Below, in pieces: positions 28,024-37,632 of a DNA stretch of 64,000 bases. The stretch is from Bacteroidota bacterium (GTDB lineage Bacteria > Bacteroidota > Rhodothermia > JANXDC01). The number at the start of each line of letters is the position of its first letter. Position 1 is the first letter of the stretch. The translations under genes were made by a program, and so were the position numbers. Location of the stretch: the NCBI GenBank assembly GCA_025059945.1, contig JANXDC010000001.1:1677-65676 (forward strand), read 5' to 3'. The notes under the pieces were generated by a model that searched no databases, was not told the DNA's origin, and saw only the letters and a list, made by a program, of their open reading frames with translations.

Positions 28024-28062
28024 GCACCAGCCCTGCCGAGGGCAGGCTGGTGCGCTTTTATT
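28024..28062 (+). terminator. Intrinsic-terminator-like hairpin in greA leader (possible attenuator / leader sRNA)
   Basis: GCACCAGCCCTGCC-GAG-GGCAGGCTGGTGC forms a 13-bp perfect stem, followed by GCTTTTATTTG. It lies ~30 nt upstream of the greA ATG. A TTGACA hexamer sits at 27958-27963. Confidence 0.4.
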
Positions 28063-28094
28063 TGTCCACTTCAATGGAGAAACACGCAAAGGCC

Positions 28095-28565
28095 ATGAGC
28101 AAGCCGGTATATTTGACTCGTGAAGGCTACGAAAAACTGAAACAAGAGCTGCAGGAGCTGCGCACCAAAGGGCGTCAGGAGATCGCGCAGCGCATTGCGG
28201 AGGCGCGCTCCTATGGGGATCTGAGCGAGAACTCTGAGTACGACGCGGCCAAGGAGGCCCAGAGCCACCTGGAGATGCGCATCGCCAAGCTGGAGGAAAC
28301 GCTGGCCAACGCGCGCATCATCGAGGAGGCGGATCTACCCAGAGATCGGGTCTACATCCTGAGCCGCGTGCGCATCCGCAACCGGCAAAACGGGCAGGAG
28401 CTTGAGGTTACGTTGGTTTCGCCCGAGGAGGCGGATTTCAAAGCCAATAAACTATCTGTGACCTCTCCCATCGGCAAGGAGCTGCTGGGCAAACGCGTGG
28501 GCGAAGTGGCCGTTGTGCGAGCTCCGGCGGGCACGATCGAGTACGAGATCCTACACATCGAATAA
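28095..28565 (+). CDS. greA: Transcription elongation factor GreA
   Basis: MSKPVYLTREGYEKLKQELQELR...GDLSENSEYDAAKE matches GreA's coiled-coil N-terminus and FKBP-like C-terminus. Start at ATG 28095. Confidence 0.85.
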   Translation: MSKPVYLTREGYEKLKQELQELRTKGRQEIAQRIAEARSYGDLSENSEYDAAKEAQSHLEMRIAKLEETLANARIIEEADLPRDRVYILSRVRIRNRQNGQELEVTLVSPEEADFKANKLSVTSPIGKELLGKRVGEVAVVRAPAGTIEYEILHIE

Positions 28566-28568
28566 CAT

Positions 28569-29246
28569 ATGACCCCGGTATGGGGGCGTCTGTGGCGCCG
28601 CGCGTTAGGTTTGCTCGCGCTCGGAACGCCCTTGATTGTGCTATCTGGCATGGCCTCTCTTACGGTCTTGGAGCCGGCCGAGACCGCCCTTATGGCGCAG
28701 CGCCGCTGCGAGGCCCGGCTGAAGGGCCGAACGGACTACCGGATCCGGTATACGTTTCTGCCGCTTTCGGCCATGTCCCGGCACCTGCCCCGGGCCGCCA
28801 TAGCCGGTGAAGACGGCCGTTTCTACGCACATTGGGGCATCGACTGGGAGGCGCTGCGGGAGGCCTATGAGCGCAACGTGCGCCGGGGTCGGATCGTGCG
28901 GGGGGGCAGCACGATCACGCAGCAGCTGGTCAAAAACCTCTATCTGTGGCCGGATCGCAGCTACGTGCGCAAGGCGTTGGAGCTCCTTTTGGCTCCGACC
29001 CTGGAGGTGTTCCTTTCTAAGAACCGGATCCTGGAGCTATATCTGAACATCGTCGAGATGGGCGATGGGCTATTTGGGGTCGAGCAAGGGGCGCGCCGCT
29101 ACTACGGTATCTCGGCTGCCCGTGTGAGCCGTGAACAAGCCGCCCGCCTGATCGCCATTTTGCCCGCCCCGCATCGGCGCAACCCACATCGGATGCATCA
29201 GCTCTCGGCGCTCATCCTACACCGCATGGCCCAACGAGGCTGGTAG
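28569..29246 (+). CDS. mtgA: Monofunctional biosynthetic peptidoglycan transglycosylase (GT51)
   Basis: IAGEDGRFYAHWGIDW...GGSTITQQLVKNLYLW are GT51 motifs. Confidence 0.85.
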   Translation: MTPVWGRLWRRALGLLALGTPLIVLSGMASLTVLEPAETALMAQRRCEARLKGRTDYRIRYTFLPLSAMSRHLPRAAIAGEDGRFYAHWGIDWEALREAYERNVRRGRIVRGGSTITQQLVKNLYLWPDRSYVRKALELLLAPTLEVFLSKNRILELYLNIVEMGDGLFGVEQGARRYYGISAARVSREQAARLIAILPAPHRRNPHRMHQLSALILHRMAQRGW

Positions 29247-29248
29247 GC

Positions 29249-30343
29249 CTACCGATAGCGCCACAGGAGCCCCAGCCCGAGCAGCGCGAAGCAGAAGTGG
29301 GGCGCCCAGACCACAAGCAGCGGATGTAGCTCCCCCTCGTATCCGAACGGCTCAAAAAGCTTAATCAGGCCCATGTAGGCGAAACTCAGCAGCAGTCCGG
29401 CCGTTAAGGCCAGGGCCATGCCGCCTCGTCTGCGCACGGAGGCCAGGGGAAAGCCCAGCAGGATCACGACAAAGTTTGCGATCGGATAGGCGAATTTAGC
29501 GTAGTAGTCCACGCGCGGCCGATCGATGTGGCTAGCTCCGGTGCGCTCCAGAAGCTCCAGATATGAGCGGGCCTCGGAAATCGTCATCTGTTCCACGTCG
29601 CGTTCGTCGCGCGCCAGATCCCGTGGGGAGAGCGCCAGCGTGGTATCCCAGCTGCGGCGTTCGTGGAGTACGACGCCCTCCGGGAGGAAGCGCTGCTCGT
29701 AGACCTCTTCAAAACGCCAGCGCCGCAGCGAGTCGACCCAGTGCATGCGGGCGGCGTCGATGCGGCGCACCAGAGCGCCAAACGGCCGATCGAACTCCTG
29801 CAGCACGACGCTATAGCCGATCCGCTCCTGCCGGTCGAAATACCCGATGCCCAGAAAACTCGTGGGGCCGTTCTGACGAAAGACGTTGCTGGCCTCTATC
29901 AGGCGGCCTTCGCGCATGAAGTAACGGTTCTCGAAGGCGATGCGGGTACGATTGGCCCGGGGCACGACCCATCCGTTGAAGAACTCCATGAAGAGCACAA
30001 CGCTCAGGCCCAAGACCGCATACGGCCGCAGCATGCGGCCCGGGCTCACCCCCGCGGCGCGAAAGGCGATCAGCTCGGAGCGCTGAGCCAGGCGGCTGCT
30101 CACAAAGAGCGTGGCTACGAAGACCGCAGCAGGGCTGACAAGCTTGATCATCTCCGGGAGATAGGCGGCGTAGTACTGACCCAAAACGACCCGCCACGGG
30201 ATGGCCCGATCGTAGAAATCATCCATGTGCTCGACAAAGTCCAAAAGCACAAAGACCGCCACGAAAGCCCCCATCAAGAACCAGTACACAGCCAGGAGCT
30301 GACGGCCCAGGTATCGATCCAGCAGTTTTAGCCGGCTCTTCAT
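29249..30343 (-). CDS. LptF/LptG family LPS export permease
   Basis: MKSRLKLLDRYLGRQLL... matches the YjgP/YjgQ family, with six TM segments and a periplasmic beta-jellyroll region. Confidence 0.8.
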   Translation of the reverse strand: MKSRLKLLDRYLGRQLLAVYWFLMGAFVAVFVLLDFVEHMDDFYDRAIPWRVVLGQYYAAYLPEMIKLVSPAAVFVATLFVSSRLAQRSELIAFRAAGVSPGRMLRPYAVLGLSVVLFMEFFNGWVVPRANRTRIAFENRYFMREGRLIEASNVFRQNGPTSFLGIGYFDRQERIGYSVVLQEFDRPFGALVRRIDAARMHWVDSLRRWRFEEVYEQRFLPEGVVLHERRSWDTTLALSPRDLARDERDVEQMTISEARSYLELLERTGASHIDRPRVDYYAKFAYPIANFVVILLGFPLASVRRRGGMALALTAGLLLSFAYMGLIKLFEPFGYEGELHPLLVVWAPHFCFALLGLGLLWRYR

Positions 30344-30451
30344 ATCTGGCGAACGGGAAGATATGGCCTCGCGTCGGACATAGAAACCTTGCTTTTCTAG
30401 AAGCTGCGGTCTATCATAAGATCGCGTCTAGCGGGAACCGGAGGTGCGCCG

Positions 30452-31699
30452 ATGGCTTGGACCAAGGCATTGGCTCTAGCACGCTGGCAAGAGCGCTTTA
30501 CCGCGCAGTGGATCGTCAGCCCCCGAGCCGATCTGCTCTGGTTTATAGGGGGAGCGCTGGCCGGATATGGGCTGTTGTACCTGCATGCCGGCCTGCATTT
30601 AGACATGATCACGGTATGGTTCCTCTGGGTGCTCCTACTGGACAGCCCCCACTTTTTCGGCACGTATTCTCGGACGTACTTCGACAAAGAGGAATGGCAG
30701 CGCCGCAAGGCCCTCCTGTTGGGTAGCCTGCTGTGGTTCCTGGTAGGCCCCGCCGTATTAGGCCTTTCCTATGTGGGCTACCGGTTGGGCTGGGAGGGTT
30801 ATCGGATACCCTTTCTCGCCTTTTTGGTGTTTTTCAACCTTTGGGCCTACTGGCATGTGGTCCGGCAGCATTACGGAATCCTGAGCCTGTACCGACGCAA
30901 GAACGGGGAGACAGGTCTAACGGATCTGCGCATCGATCAGGCGCTGCTCTATGGGGGGCTGCTTGCCCCGTTTGTCGCCTTCGCCATTCGGCACCCGCAG
31001 GCCAGGGCTGCGCTTGGACTTCCGGAGCGTTTTCCGGAATATCCGGCCCTGTCAGGTTCAGGGCTCGAGGGCCGTCTGAGCGCGCTGTGGGAGCTGGATT
31101 ATTGGCGCGCCCTACACTGGGAGCACTTCGTCGTGGCCGTCGCTTGGGCCGCGTGGCTGACCGTGATCGCGGCTTTCTTGTTGCGGCAGCTGCAGCGTTG
31201 GCGCGCCGGACTGCCCCTAAACGGGCCCAAGCTGCTTTTTCTGCTCGCCCTGATCCCGCTCTATAGCTACATCGGCTTTAGCTCCGTGGCCTTGACGGCC
31301 CCGCTGCTGGCCTTTAGCGCCTTTGTAACGATCTATCACGACATCCAGTATCACGCGATCGTGTGGTTTCATCACCGCAATCGCTACCACCGACCCGGCG
31401 TGGACCCCAAGCGCTTCGGGCTGGCCGCCAAGATCAGTCGGAGCTTCCTCACCTACATGGCCTGCGGAATCGCCATGGCGGCCGTGTTCCGCCTGCTGGG
31501 GTGCGCTCTTGAGGTGCATCCGGGCTGCGGCCCGCTTGTGCTCACTAGCCAGCATGCGCTCTTCGGGGCCTTCAGCACCCGGGAACTGGTGCTCGCCTTT
31601 TTAATCGGTTTTCCCATGCATCACTACTTTCTGGACCAGTACATCTGGCGCCCCTCGCGCGATGAGACGCTCAGGCGGGACCTCAAGCTAGAGACATAG
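30452..31699 (+). CDS. Integral membrane protein with histidine-box-like motifs (possible membrane di-iron oxygenase/desaturase-like); function unknown
   Basis: Multiple hydrophobic segments. HVVRQH, HDIQYH, WFHHRNRYH and PMHHYF are spaced like fatty-acid-desaturase/hydroxylase histidine boxes. No confident family assignment. Confidence 0.5.
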   Translation: MAWTKALALARWQERFTAQWIVSPRADLLWFIGGALAGYGLLYLHAGLHLDMITVWFLWVLLLDSPHFFGTYSRTYFDKEEWQRRKALLLGSLLWFLVGPAVLGLSYVGYRLGWEGYRIPFLAFLVFFNLWAYWHVVRQHYGILSLYRRKNGETGLTDLRIDQALLYGGLLAPFVAFAIRHPQARAALGLPERFPEYPALSGSGLEGRLSALWELDYWRALHWEHFVVAVAWAAWLTVIAAFLLRQLQRWRAGLPLNGPKLLFLLALIPLYSYIGFSSVALTAPLLAFSAFVTIYHDIQYHAIVWFHHRNRYHRPGVDPKRFGLAAKISRSFLTYMACGIAMAAVFRLLGCALEVHPGCGPLVLTSQHALFGAFSTRELVLAFLIGFPMHHYFLDQYIWRPSRDETLRRDLKLET

Positions 31700-31738
31700 C
31701 CGCGCCGCAAGGAAGAACCTATCGCGCGCGCCCCGAGC

Positions 31739-33049
31739 CTAAAAGGCCCAGCTCAGCAGGAGGCCCAGGGCCGCGATAGCGCCCAAAATAGGCGCTGTCT
31801 GGCGCTTTAAACTCACGGAGCCCAAAGCCAACACCAGGGCTAGCTTAGCGAGCGTGTTGGTCACGGCGGCGATGATAATCGCTGTGCGGGCGGTTTCAGC
31901 CGAGATAGAGCCGGTGCGGAACAGGTTGGTTACGCTTAGCGTGATGGCGTCCAAGTCCGCGATCCCGCTCAGCACGCTCGCAAGCAGCAGGCCCTGATCA
32001 CCGTAGTAGGTCTGCGCGGCCTTGGTGAGCACGAGCACGGCAGCGTAAAGCAGGGCGAACTGAAACGCCGGCCACAGCCGAGCCGGGTTGCGCACGGTCA
32101 ACGGGGTTGCGGCTTGGGCCTCCTGCCGGGCTCGGCGTCGCGCACGAAGGACCGGGCCCAGGCCGACCAGCATACCCACGGCAAACAGGCTGAGCAGAGC
32201 CGGGGCCATCGCTCTAAGCAGGGGCGCGTAAACAACCCCTATGACGACAAGCAGGCGAACGAAAAGAATCGAGCAGGCCAGGCCTATACCCAAAGCCAGC
32301 GCGTGGGCTAGCTCGGGCTGTTCTCGGCTGCGGTGGGTGAAGGCCAACGTGACGGCCGTGCTCGAGACCAGCCCCCCCAGAAGTCCGCTCAGACCCAGGC
32401 CGCGCTCCGGACCGATTGTCCGCACCAGCACATATCCAGCAAACCCTATCCCCGCGATAAGCACCGCCATAAGCCCGATCTGCTGCGGGTTGAGCACGCC
32501 AAAGGGCCCGTAAGATCGATCGGGCAGCACCGGCAACACGACCAAGGCCACGACGGCAAAGCGCAGCCCGGCGATCAGGTCCACCTCTTCAAGTGACCCG
32601 GCTATGTGCTGGGCCGGTCTTTTGATGGCCAGCACCGCGGTCACAAGCACGGCGGCCGATACGGCCACGCCGCGCAACCCCAAACCCACAAGCGAGCCGA
32701 TGAGAAAGGCGGCCAGCATGGCCGCCTCGGTTGTGGCCCCCACGTCTGCATCGGCCTCTTGGCCCCTTCGGGAGGCCATTACGTAGCCGGCAGCCGTCAA
32801 CAGGGCCACGGCGCCCAAAACGATCCCGTAGCTGCCCGGAAGCGATCGGTTCAACAGGACCGCCAGCGCGCCCATAAGGCTTAAGAGCATAAACGTCCGA
32901 AGTCCAGCTGGCCATAAAGAGGCTATCGTGCGCCCCTGATGCCGCAGCATGGAAAACTCCCGCTCTATACCCATGAGCGCACCCAGCAGCAGCGCCAGCA
33001 CAAGATCCCAGAGGGCGCTTACCTGCTCAGGGCTCCAGCTCGGCAGCAT
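31739..33049 (-). CDS. MgtC/SapB family membrane protein with DUF4010 domain
   Basis: N-terminal LALLLGALMGIEREF is the MgtC signature. The remainder is polytopic membrane. Confidence 0.7.
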   Translation of the reverse strand: MLPSWSPEQVSALWDLVLALLLGALMGIEREFSMLRHQGRTIASLWPAGLRTFMLLSLMGALAVLLNRSLPGSYGIVLGAVALLTAAGYVMASRRGQEADADVGATTEAAMLAAFLIGSLVGLGLRGVAVSAAVLVTAVLAIKRPAQHIAGSLEEVDLIAGLRFAVVALVVLPVLPDRSYGPFGVLNPQQIGLMAVLIAGIGFAGYVLVRTIGPERGLGLSGLLGGLVSSTAVTLAFTHRSREQPELAHALALGIGLACSILFVRLLVVIGVVYAPLLRAMAPALLSLFAVGMLVGLGPVLRARRRARQEAQAATPLTVRNPARLWPAFQFALLYAAVLVLTKAAQTYYGDQGLLLASVLSGIADLDAITLSVTNLFRTGSISAETARTAIIIAAVTNTLAKLALVLALGSVSLKRQTAPILGAIAALGLLLSWAF

Positions 33050-34295
33050 CGCAGCCCTCCGGTTTGAAGGCCGTATCGCGCAAGATGGCCGCTACGAGCG
33101 CCTCTCGACTGGGGCGGGGGCGAATGCATCGGAACCGGCCCTCAGCGGTGAAGAGCACCTCAGCCGGGAACTCGCGCAAATTGTACGTGGAGGCCATCGA
33201 TAGCCCGTAGGCTCCCGCGTCGAGGATCGCCAAAACGTCTCCGATGCGGACCTCGGGCATCGGCCGATCGTGCGCGAAAACGTCGCCCGATTCGCACAGG
33301 TTGCCCGTCACCGTGTAGACGTTCAGGGGCCCCTCGGGGTTGGAGAGGTTTACGATATGATGATAGCTGCCGTAGAGCACAGGCCGGATGAGATGATGAA
33401 AGCCGCTATCCGTGCCCACGTATCGGCGCTTTCCTACGCGCTTAAGTGCCGTTACGCGCACCAACAGCAAACCCGCCTCGGCCACCACGTAACGGCCCGG
33501 CTCGAAATAAAAACGCAGGGGGCGTCCCGAGCGGGCGAGGAACTCCTTTAAGGGGCCTATGAGGTGGCGCTCGGCTTCGGCCCAATCCAGCGGCCGCTCA
33601 TCGGGTCGGTAGGGGATGGGCAGCCCCCCGCCAAAGTCGAGCCACTGCAGATCCGGGAAATGCGGGGCGAGCTCCAGCAAGATCCGCATGGCCTCCCCGA
33701 AGGCGCGCAGATCGGGGATTCCGGAGCCAATATGTTGATGCAGCCCTACGATGCGCAGCCCGCCGGCTTGGGCGATCTCCTGAGCCTGAGGCAGGTCCTC
33801 AAGCGGGATGCCGAACTTGGCGTTTTCTCCGGCTGTGACCACATATGCGTGATGGCCGGCTCCGCGTGCGGGGTTGATGCGCAGGGCGACCGAGCGGCCC
33901 GGATACCGGGCCGCAAAGCGCTCCAGGCGGCTTAGCTCGCCGATGTTCAACAGAAGGCCCCGCGCCACGGCCTCCTGCATTTCGGCATCGGAGAGCATAT
34001 TCGGGGTAAACAACACCTCCTCCGGACCCACCCCCAAGGCCCGCTGCAGAAGCTCCACCTCTCCCAGGGAGACGGCGTCAAAGCCGAAGCCCTCCCGGCG
34101 GATGATGCGCAGCAGATGCGGATTGTAGTTAGCCTTGAGCGCATATAGCAGCCGATGGGGCAGGGCCGAGAAGACCTCGCGCAGCTGCCGACATCGGGCG
34201 CGGATCGTGGCCTCATCGTATACGTACAAAGGCGTACCCCAGAGCTCGGCCGCCTCCAGAAGTCGATCGGGCGCTATGGGGGGGTGAGCGGACAT
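33027..34295 (-). CDS. lysA: Diaminopimelate decarboxylase
   Basis: WGTPLYVYDE...YALKAN (PLP-binding Lys)...GGGLPIPY...CESGD are LysA motifs. Start set at MSAHPP (ATG 34295). Confidence 0.85.
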   Translation of the reverse strand: MSAHPPIAPDRLLEAAELWGTPLYVYDEATIRARCRQLREVFSALPHRLLYALKANYNPHLLRIIRREGFGFDAVSLGEVELLQRALGVGPEEVLFTPNMLSDAEMQEAVARGLLLNIGELSRLERFAARYPGRSVALRINPARGAGHHAYVVTAGENAKFGIPLEDLPQAQEIAQAGGLRIVGLHQHIGSGIPDLRAFGEAMRILLELAPHFPDLQWLDFGGGLPIPYRPDERPLDWAEAERHLIGPLKEFLARSGRPLRFYFEPGRYVVAEAGLLLVRVTALKRVGKRRYVGTDSGFHHLIRPVLYGSYHHIVNLSNPEGPLNVYTVTGNLCESGDVFAHDRPMPEVRIGDVLAILDAGAYGLSMASTYNLREFPAEVLFTAEGRFRCIRPRPSREALVAAILRDTAFKPEGCDAAELEP

Positions 34296-34497
34296 CGCTC
34301 CTGACCGCGGCGGAAAATAGCCAGGCTTCCGGAGCTCGATCAAATGCCGTTGCGCATTTGGCGCCGTCCGGGCTATTCTTACAAGCGGACCTCCGCTTTC
34401 AGCGCGCCTCACGTTCTGTCCAGGCCAGTTTATAGGCGGCGGGCGTCGTCACGGGGCCGAAGGCGCCGGCTTGAAGATCTTTCGGAGAACTAGCCTC

Positions 34498-35205
34498 ATG
34501 GAGCCAACAAGCGCCCCAGAGCGAGCAGAAGTCCTGATGCGGCTTGCCCGCATGATCGATCATACCCTGCTTAAGCCGGAGGCCACCCGGGAGCACATCC
34601 GGCGGCTTTGCGCCGAGGCCCGACTGTACGGCTTCGCCTCGGTCTGCGTAAACCCCTGCTACGTGGCCCTGGCGGCCGAGGAGCTAGCCGGCAGCTCGGT
34701 GAAGGTCTGCACCGTGGTGGGGTTCCCCCTGGGCGCCAACCGGACCTCGGTCAAAGTGCGGGAGGCCCTGCAGGCCATCGAGGACGGCGCGGCGGAGTTG
34801 GACATGGTCCAGAACGTCGGCCTGCTTAAGTCCGGAGCCTATGAGGAGGTAGAGGCCGACATACGGGCCGTCGTTGAGGCCGCGCATGCTGAGGGAGCGC
34901 TCCTGAAAGTGATCATCGAGACGGCCCTGCTCACGGATGAGGAGAAGGTGACCGCATGCCTGCTGGCCCGCAACGCGGGGGCTGATTTCGTTAAGACCTC
35001 TACCGGTTGGGCTTCCGGGGGTGCGACCCCAGAGGACGTGGCCTTGATGCGCCGCGTCGTGGGGCCTCAAATGGGCGTGAAGGCTTCTGGAGGGGTGCGC
35101 ACCTGGCAACAAGCCGAGGCCCTGATCCGCTCAGGGGCCGATCGGATCGGAACCAGCGCCTCGGTGCAGATTCTTCAGGGACTTGAAGGGAAAGAGGCGT
35201 ACTGA
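34498..35205 (+). CDS. deoC: Deoxyribose-phosphate aldolase
   Basis: IDHTLLKP...VCVNP...VKTSTGW (Schiff-base Lys)...KASGGVR. ATG 34498 is preferred over the in-frame TTG at 34471. Confidence 0.85.
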   Translation: MEPTSAPERAEVLMRLARMIDHTLLKPEATREHIRRLCAEARLYGFASVCVNPCYVALAAEELAGSSVKVCTVVGFPLGANRTSVKVREALQAIEDGAAELDMVQNVGLLKSGAYEEVEADIRAVVEAAHAEGALLKVIIETALLTDEEKVTACLLARNAGADFVKTSTGWASGGATPEDVALMRRVVGPQMGVKASGGVRTWQQAEALIRSGADRIGTSASVQILQGLEGKEAY

Positions 35206-35765
35206 TGCACGGGCCGGCTTTATCGCGATGCACCGGACTTCACCTAGCGGCCGCGTTTTGCGTTGGACTAGCGGGATGTGCCGCCCCTCGGCCTGTGGGG
35301 AAGCCGCAAGAGGCTGAATCGGTCCGCCTGCGCGCCTTGGAGACCTTTGATCCCACCCCGTATCGGGAGTCCTGGGATTCGCTCCGAGCAGGGCCCGTGT
35401 CGCATGATCTTCCCGCTGAACTGGAGGACGTGAATCGACCCGGTCGCGCTCCGGTTCGCCGCGCTCCCAGCGGCACTCCGCGACCGGAGCCGCCTCCGGC
35501 GCCCGCTCGCACGGTGCGCCCGGTGTATCGGGATGGCTATCGGATTCAGATCTTCTCGAGCGCCAACCGCTTTGAAGCCGAACAGAAGCGCATCGAGGCG
35601 CTGCAGCAGCTGCCCTACCCCGTCTATGTGGTCTTTCAAGCCCCGTACTACCGCGTGCACGTGGGCGATTTTCTTTCGCGCAGCGCAGCCCAGCGCGCCT
35701 TAAGCGAAGTCCGCACTCGCTATCCTTCGGCCTGGATCGTGCCCGATCGGGTGCGCTTGCCATAG
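35205..35765 (+). CDS. SPOR-domain lipoprotein
   Basis: Lipobox LAGC. Pro/Arg-rich linker. C-terminal GYRIQIFSSANRFEAEQ...YYRVHVGDFLSRSAAQRAL resembles a SPOR domain. The start overlaps the deoC stop (TGATG) and is preceded by GAAGGGAAAGAGG. Confidence 0.7.
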   Translation: MHGPALSRCTGLHLAAAFCVGLAGCAAPRPVGKPQEAESVRLRALETFDPTPYRESWDSLRAGPVSHDLPAELEDVNRPGRAPVRRAPSGTPRPEPPPAPARTVRPVYRDGYRIQIFSSANRFEAEQKRIEALQQLPYPVYVVFQAPYYRVHVGDFLSRSAAQRALSEVRTRYPSAWIVPDRVRLP

Positions 35766-35807
35766 TGTGCGTATCTTTGCCCTTCGAAGACGCAGTGGGA
35801 CATCATT

Positions 35808-36951
35808 ATGGCGATCTCTCAGGAAGCCGTACGCGAGCTGTTGCAGAGGGTAGAAGCCCTCCGGGGGTATCTTTGACATCGAGCGCCGTCGGGAGCGCCT
35901 TCTGGGCCTGGAGGCGCAGACTCAAGAGCCGGACTTTTGGCAGGATCCTCGGCGCGCCCAGGCCGTCATGAAGCAGATCAAAGACGAAAAAAGCTGGCTG
36001 GAGGCTTGGGAGGCCCTATATCGGCAAGGGCGCGATCTGGAGACGCTGCTGGAGCTGGCCCAAGAAGTGGGCGCTGAGACCGTAGAGGCCGAGCTGGAGG
36101 CCGAGGCGCGCCGGCTGGAACGGGCCGTCGAGGAGCTGGAACTCCGCCAGATGCTGCGAGACGAAGACGACCGGCGCAACGCCATCCTGACGATTCATCC
36201 CGGCGCGGGGGGCACGGAGTCGCAAGACTGGGCGGAGATGCTGCTGCGCATGTACACGCGCTGGGCTGAGCGGCGGGGCTACGAGGCGCACATAGTCGAT
36301 TACCAAGAGGGCGAAGTGGCGGGGATCAAAAGCGCCACGCTGGAGGTCGTAGGCCCGTACGCCTACGGATTTCTCAAGGCCGAATCCGGCGTGCATCGGC
36401 TGGTGCGCGTCTCACCCTTCGACGCAAGCGGCCGTCGGCACACCTCCTTCGCCTCCGTTTTCGTCTATCCAGAAGTCGACGAGACGATTCAGGTCGAGAT
36501 CGATCCGGCCCGCCTGGAGCTGGAAACGTATCGCTCCAGCGGCAAAGGCGGGCAGAACGTCAACAAGGTCGAGACGGCCGTTCGGCTCATCTATCTGCAC
36601 CCCCGCCCGGATGGCGGCTTTGAGCGGATCGTAGTCGAATGCCAACAGGAGCGCTCCCAGCATCAGAACCGCGAAAAGGCCATGCGGATGCTGCGAAGCC
36701 GGATCTATCAACTGGAGCGCCAGTGGCGCGAACAAGAGCGCGCTAAGCTCGAAAGCACTAAAAAGAAGATCGAGTGGGGCAGCCAGATCCGCTCCTACGT
36801 ATTCATGCCCTATACGCTCGTTAAGGACCACCGCACCGGCTACGAGACGAGCAACGTAGAGGCCGTCATGGACGGGGAGGTCGACCCCTTTATTCGGGCT
36901 TATCTGCTCCAGGAGGCTCGCGAGGCGGCCGGCGCTCAGGGATCCGGCTAG
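35808..36951 (+). CDS. prfB: Peptide chain release factor 2, requires programmed +1 ribosomal frameshift at 35871-35877
   Basis: The upstream 22-codon frame MAISQEAVRELLQRVEALRGYL ends at in-frame TGA (35874-76) within CTT TGA C. The +1 frame continues DIERRRERLLGLEAQ...MKQIKDEKSW...SPFDASGRRHTSFA...GGQNVN (GGQ motif)...SQHQNR. Confidence 0.85.
35861..35877 (+). promoter_or_regulatory. prfB programmed +1 frameshift cassette (internal SD-like AGGGGG + CUU UGA C slippery/stop site)
   Basis: AGGGGGTAT CTT TGA C. The SD-like element ends 3 nt before the CUU codon, as in E. coli prfB. Confidence 0.8.
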
Positions 36952-36953
36952 GC

Positions 36954-37631
36954 ATGTCACTGGCGCCCTTACATCCCTGGCCCGAGGACGCAGAGGAAGC
37001 GCTGCGCTGGCAGCGTCGCCTAGCTAAGCGGGTGCGGCCCGAAGGCGATCCGGGCCCGGTGCGCTACGTGCTCGGATGCGACGTGGCCTATGGCCGGGGG
37101 CGCGCCTATGCGGTGGCGCTGCTATTTGACCTCCTTACAGGCCAACAGATGGCCAGCGCCTGGGCGCAAGGGGAGGTGCGCTTTCCGTATGTGCCGGGGT
37201 TGCTGAGCTTCCGAGAGCTTCCCCTGCTGCTAGAGGCCTTCGAGCGCCTCCGGGGACCGGAGCCTGAGCTCATTCTTTGCGATGGGCAGGGTATTGCGCA
37301 TCCCCGTCAAATGGGGCTGGCCGCGCATCTGGGCTTGTGGTTGGATCGACCTACAATCGGGGTGGCCAAATCGCGCCTTTGGGGCTGGCATGAGCCGGTT
37401 CCGGAGGAGGCTCTCCGTTTTAGGCCTCTTTGGGCCAAGGGGCGCCTGTTGGGCTATGCCCTGCGCACCCGCCATCGGGGCCGGCTCGTTTACGTATCGC
37501 CCGGACACCGCATCGGCCCCGAAGCCGCGCTCCGCCTGGTGCTTGCGCTGCTGGATGGGCATCGGCTGCCGTATCCTATTCGGCTGGCCGATCGGGCCGC
37601 GCGGGCGCTCGCACGCCAAGGGCGACGTTAG
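36954..37631 (+). CDS. nfi: Endonuclease V (deoxyinosine 3' endonuclease)
   Basis: LGCDVAY...PYVPGLLSFRE...ILCDGQGIAHPR...GVAKS are Nfi catalytic motifs. It starts 3 nt after the prfB stop. Confidence 0.85.
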   Translation: MSLAPLHPWPEDAEEALRWQRRLAKRVRPEGDPGPVRYVLGCDVAYGRGRAYAVALLFDLLTGQQMASAWAQGEVRFPYVPGLLSFRELPLLLEAFERLRGPEPELILCDGQGIAHPRQMGLAAHLGLWLDRPTIGVAKSRLWGWHEPVPEEALRFRPLWAKGRLLGYALRTRHRGRLVYVSPGHRIGPEAALRLVLALLDGHRLPYPIRLADRAARALARQGRR

Positions 37632-37632
37632 C

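Noticed and set aside
34296-34497. 202-nt leader upstream of lysA considered as a lysine riboswitch
   Set aside because: I could not identify the conserved LYS-element helices by eye. It needs a covariance-model search (Rfam RF00168) before any claim.
37282-37632. 117-codon N-terminal extension of nadB into nfi
   Set aside because: nfi has full-length homology ending at 37631. NadB homology and the dinucleotide-binding motif begin at MNRFDVLVVGSG (ATG 37633).
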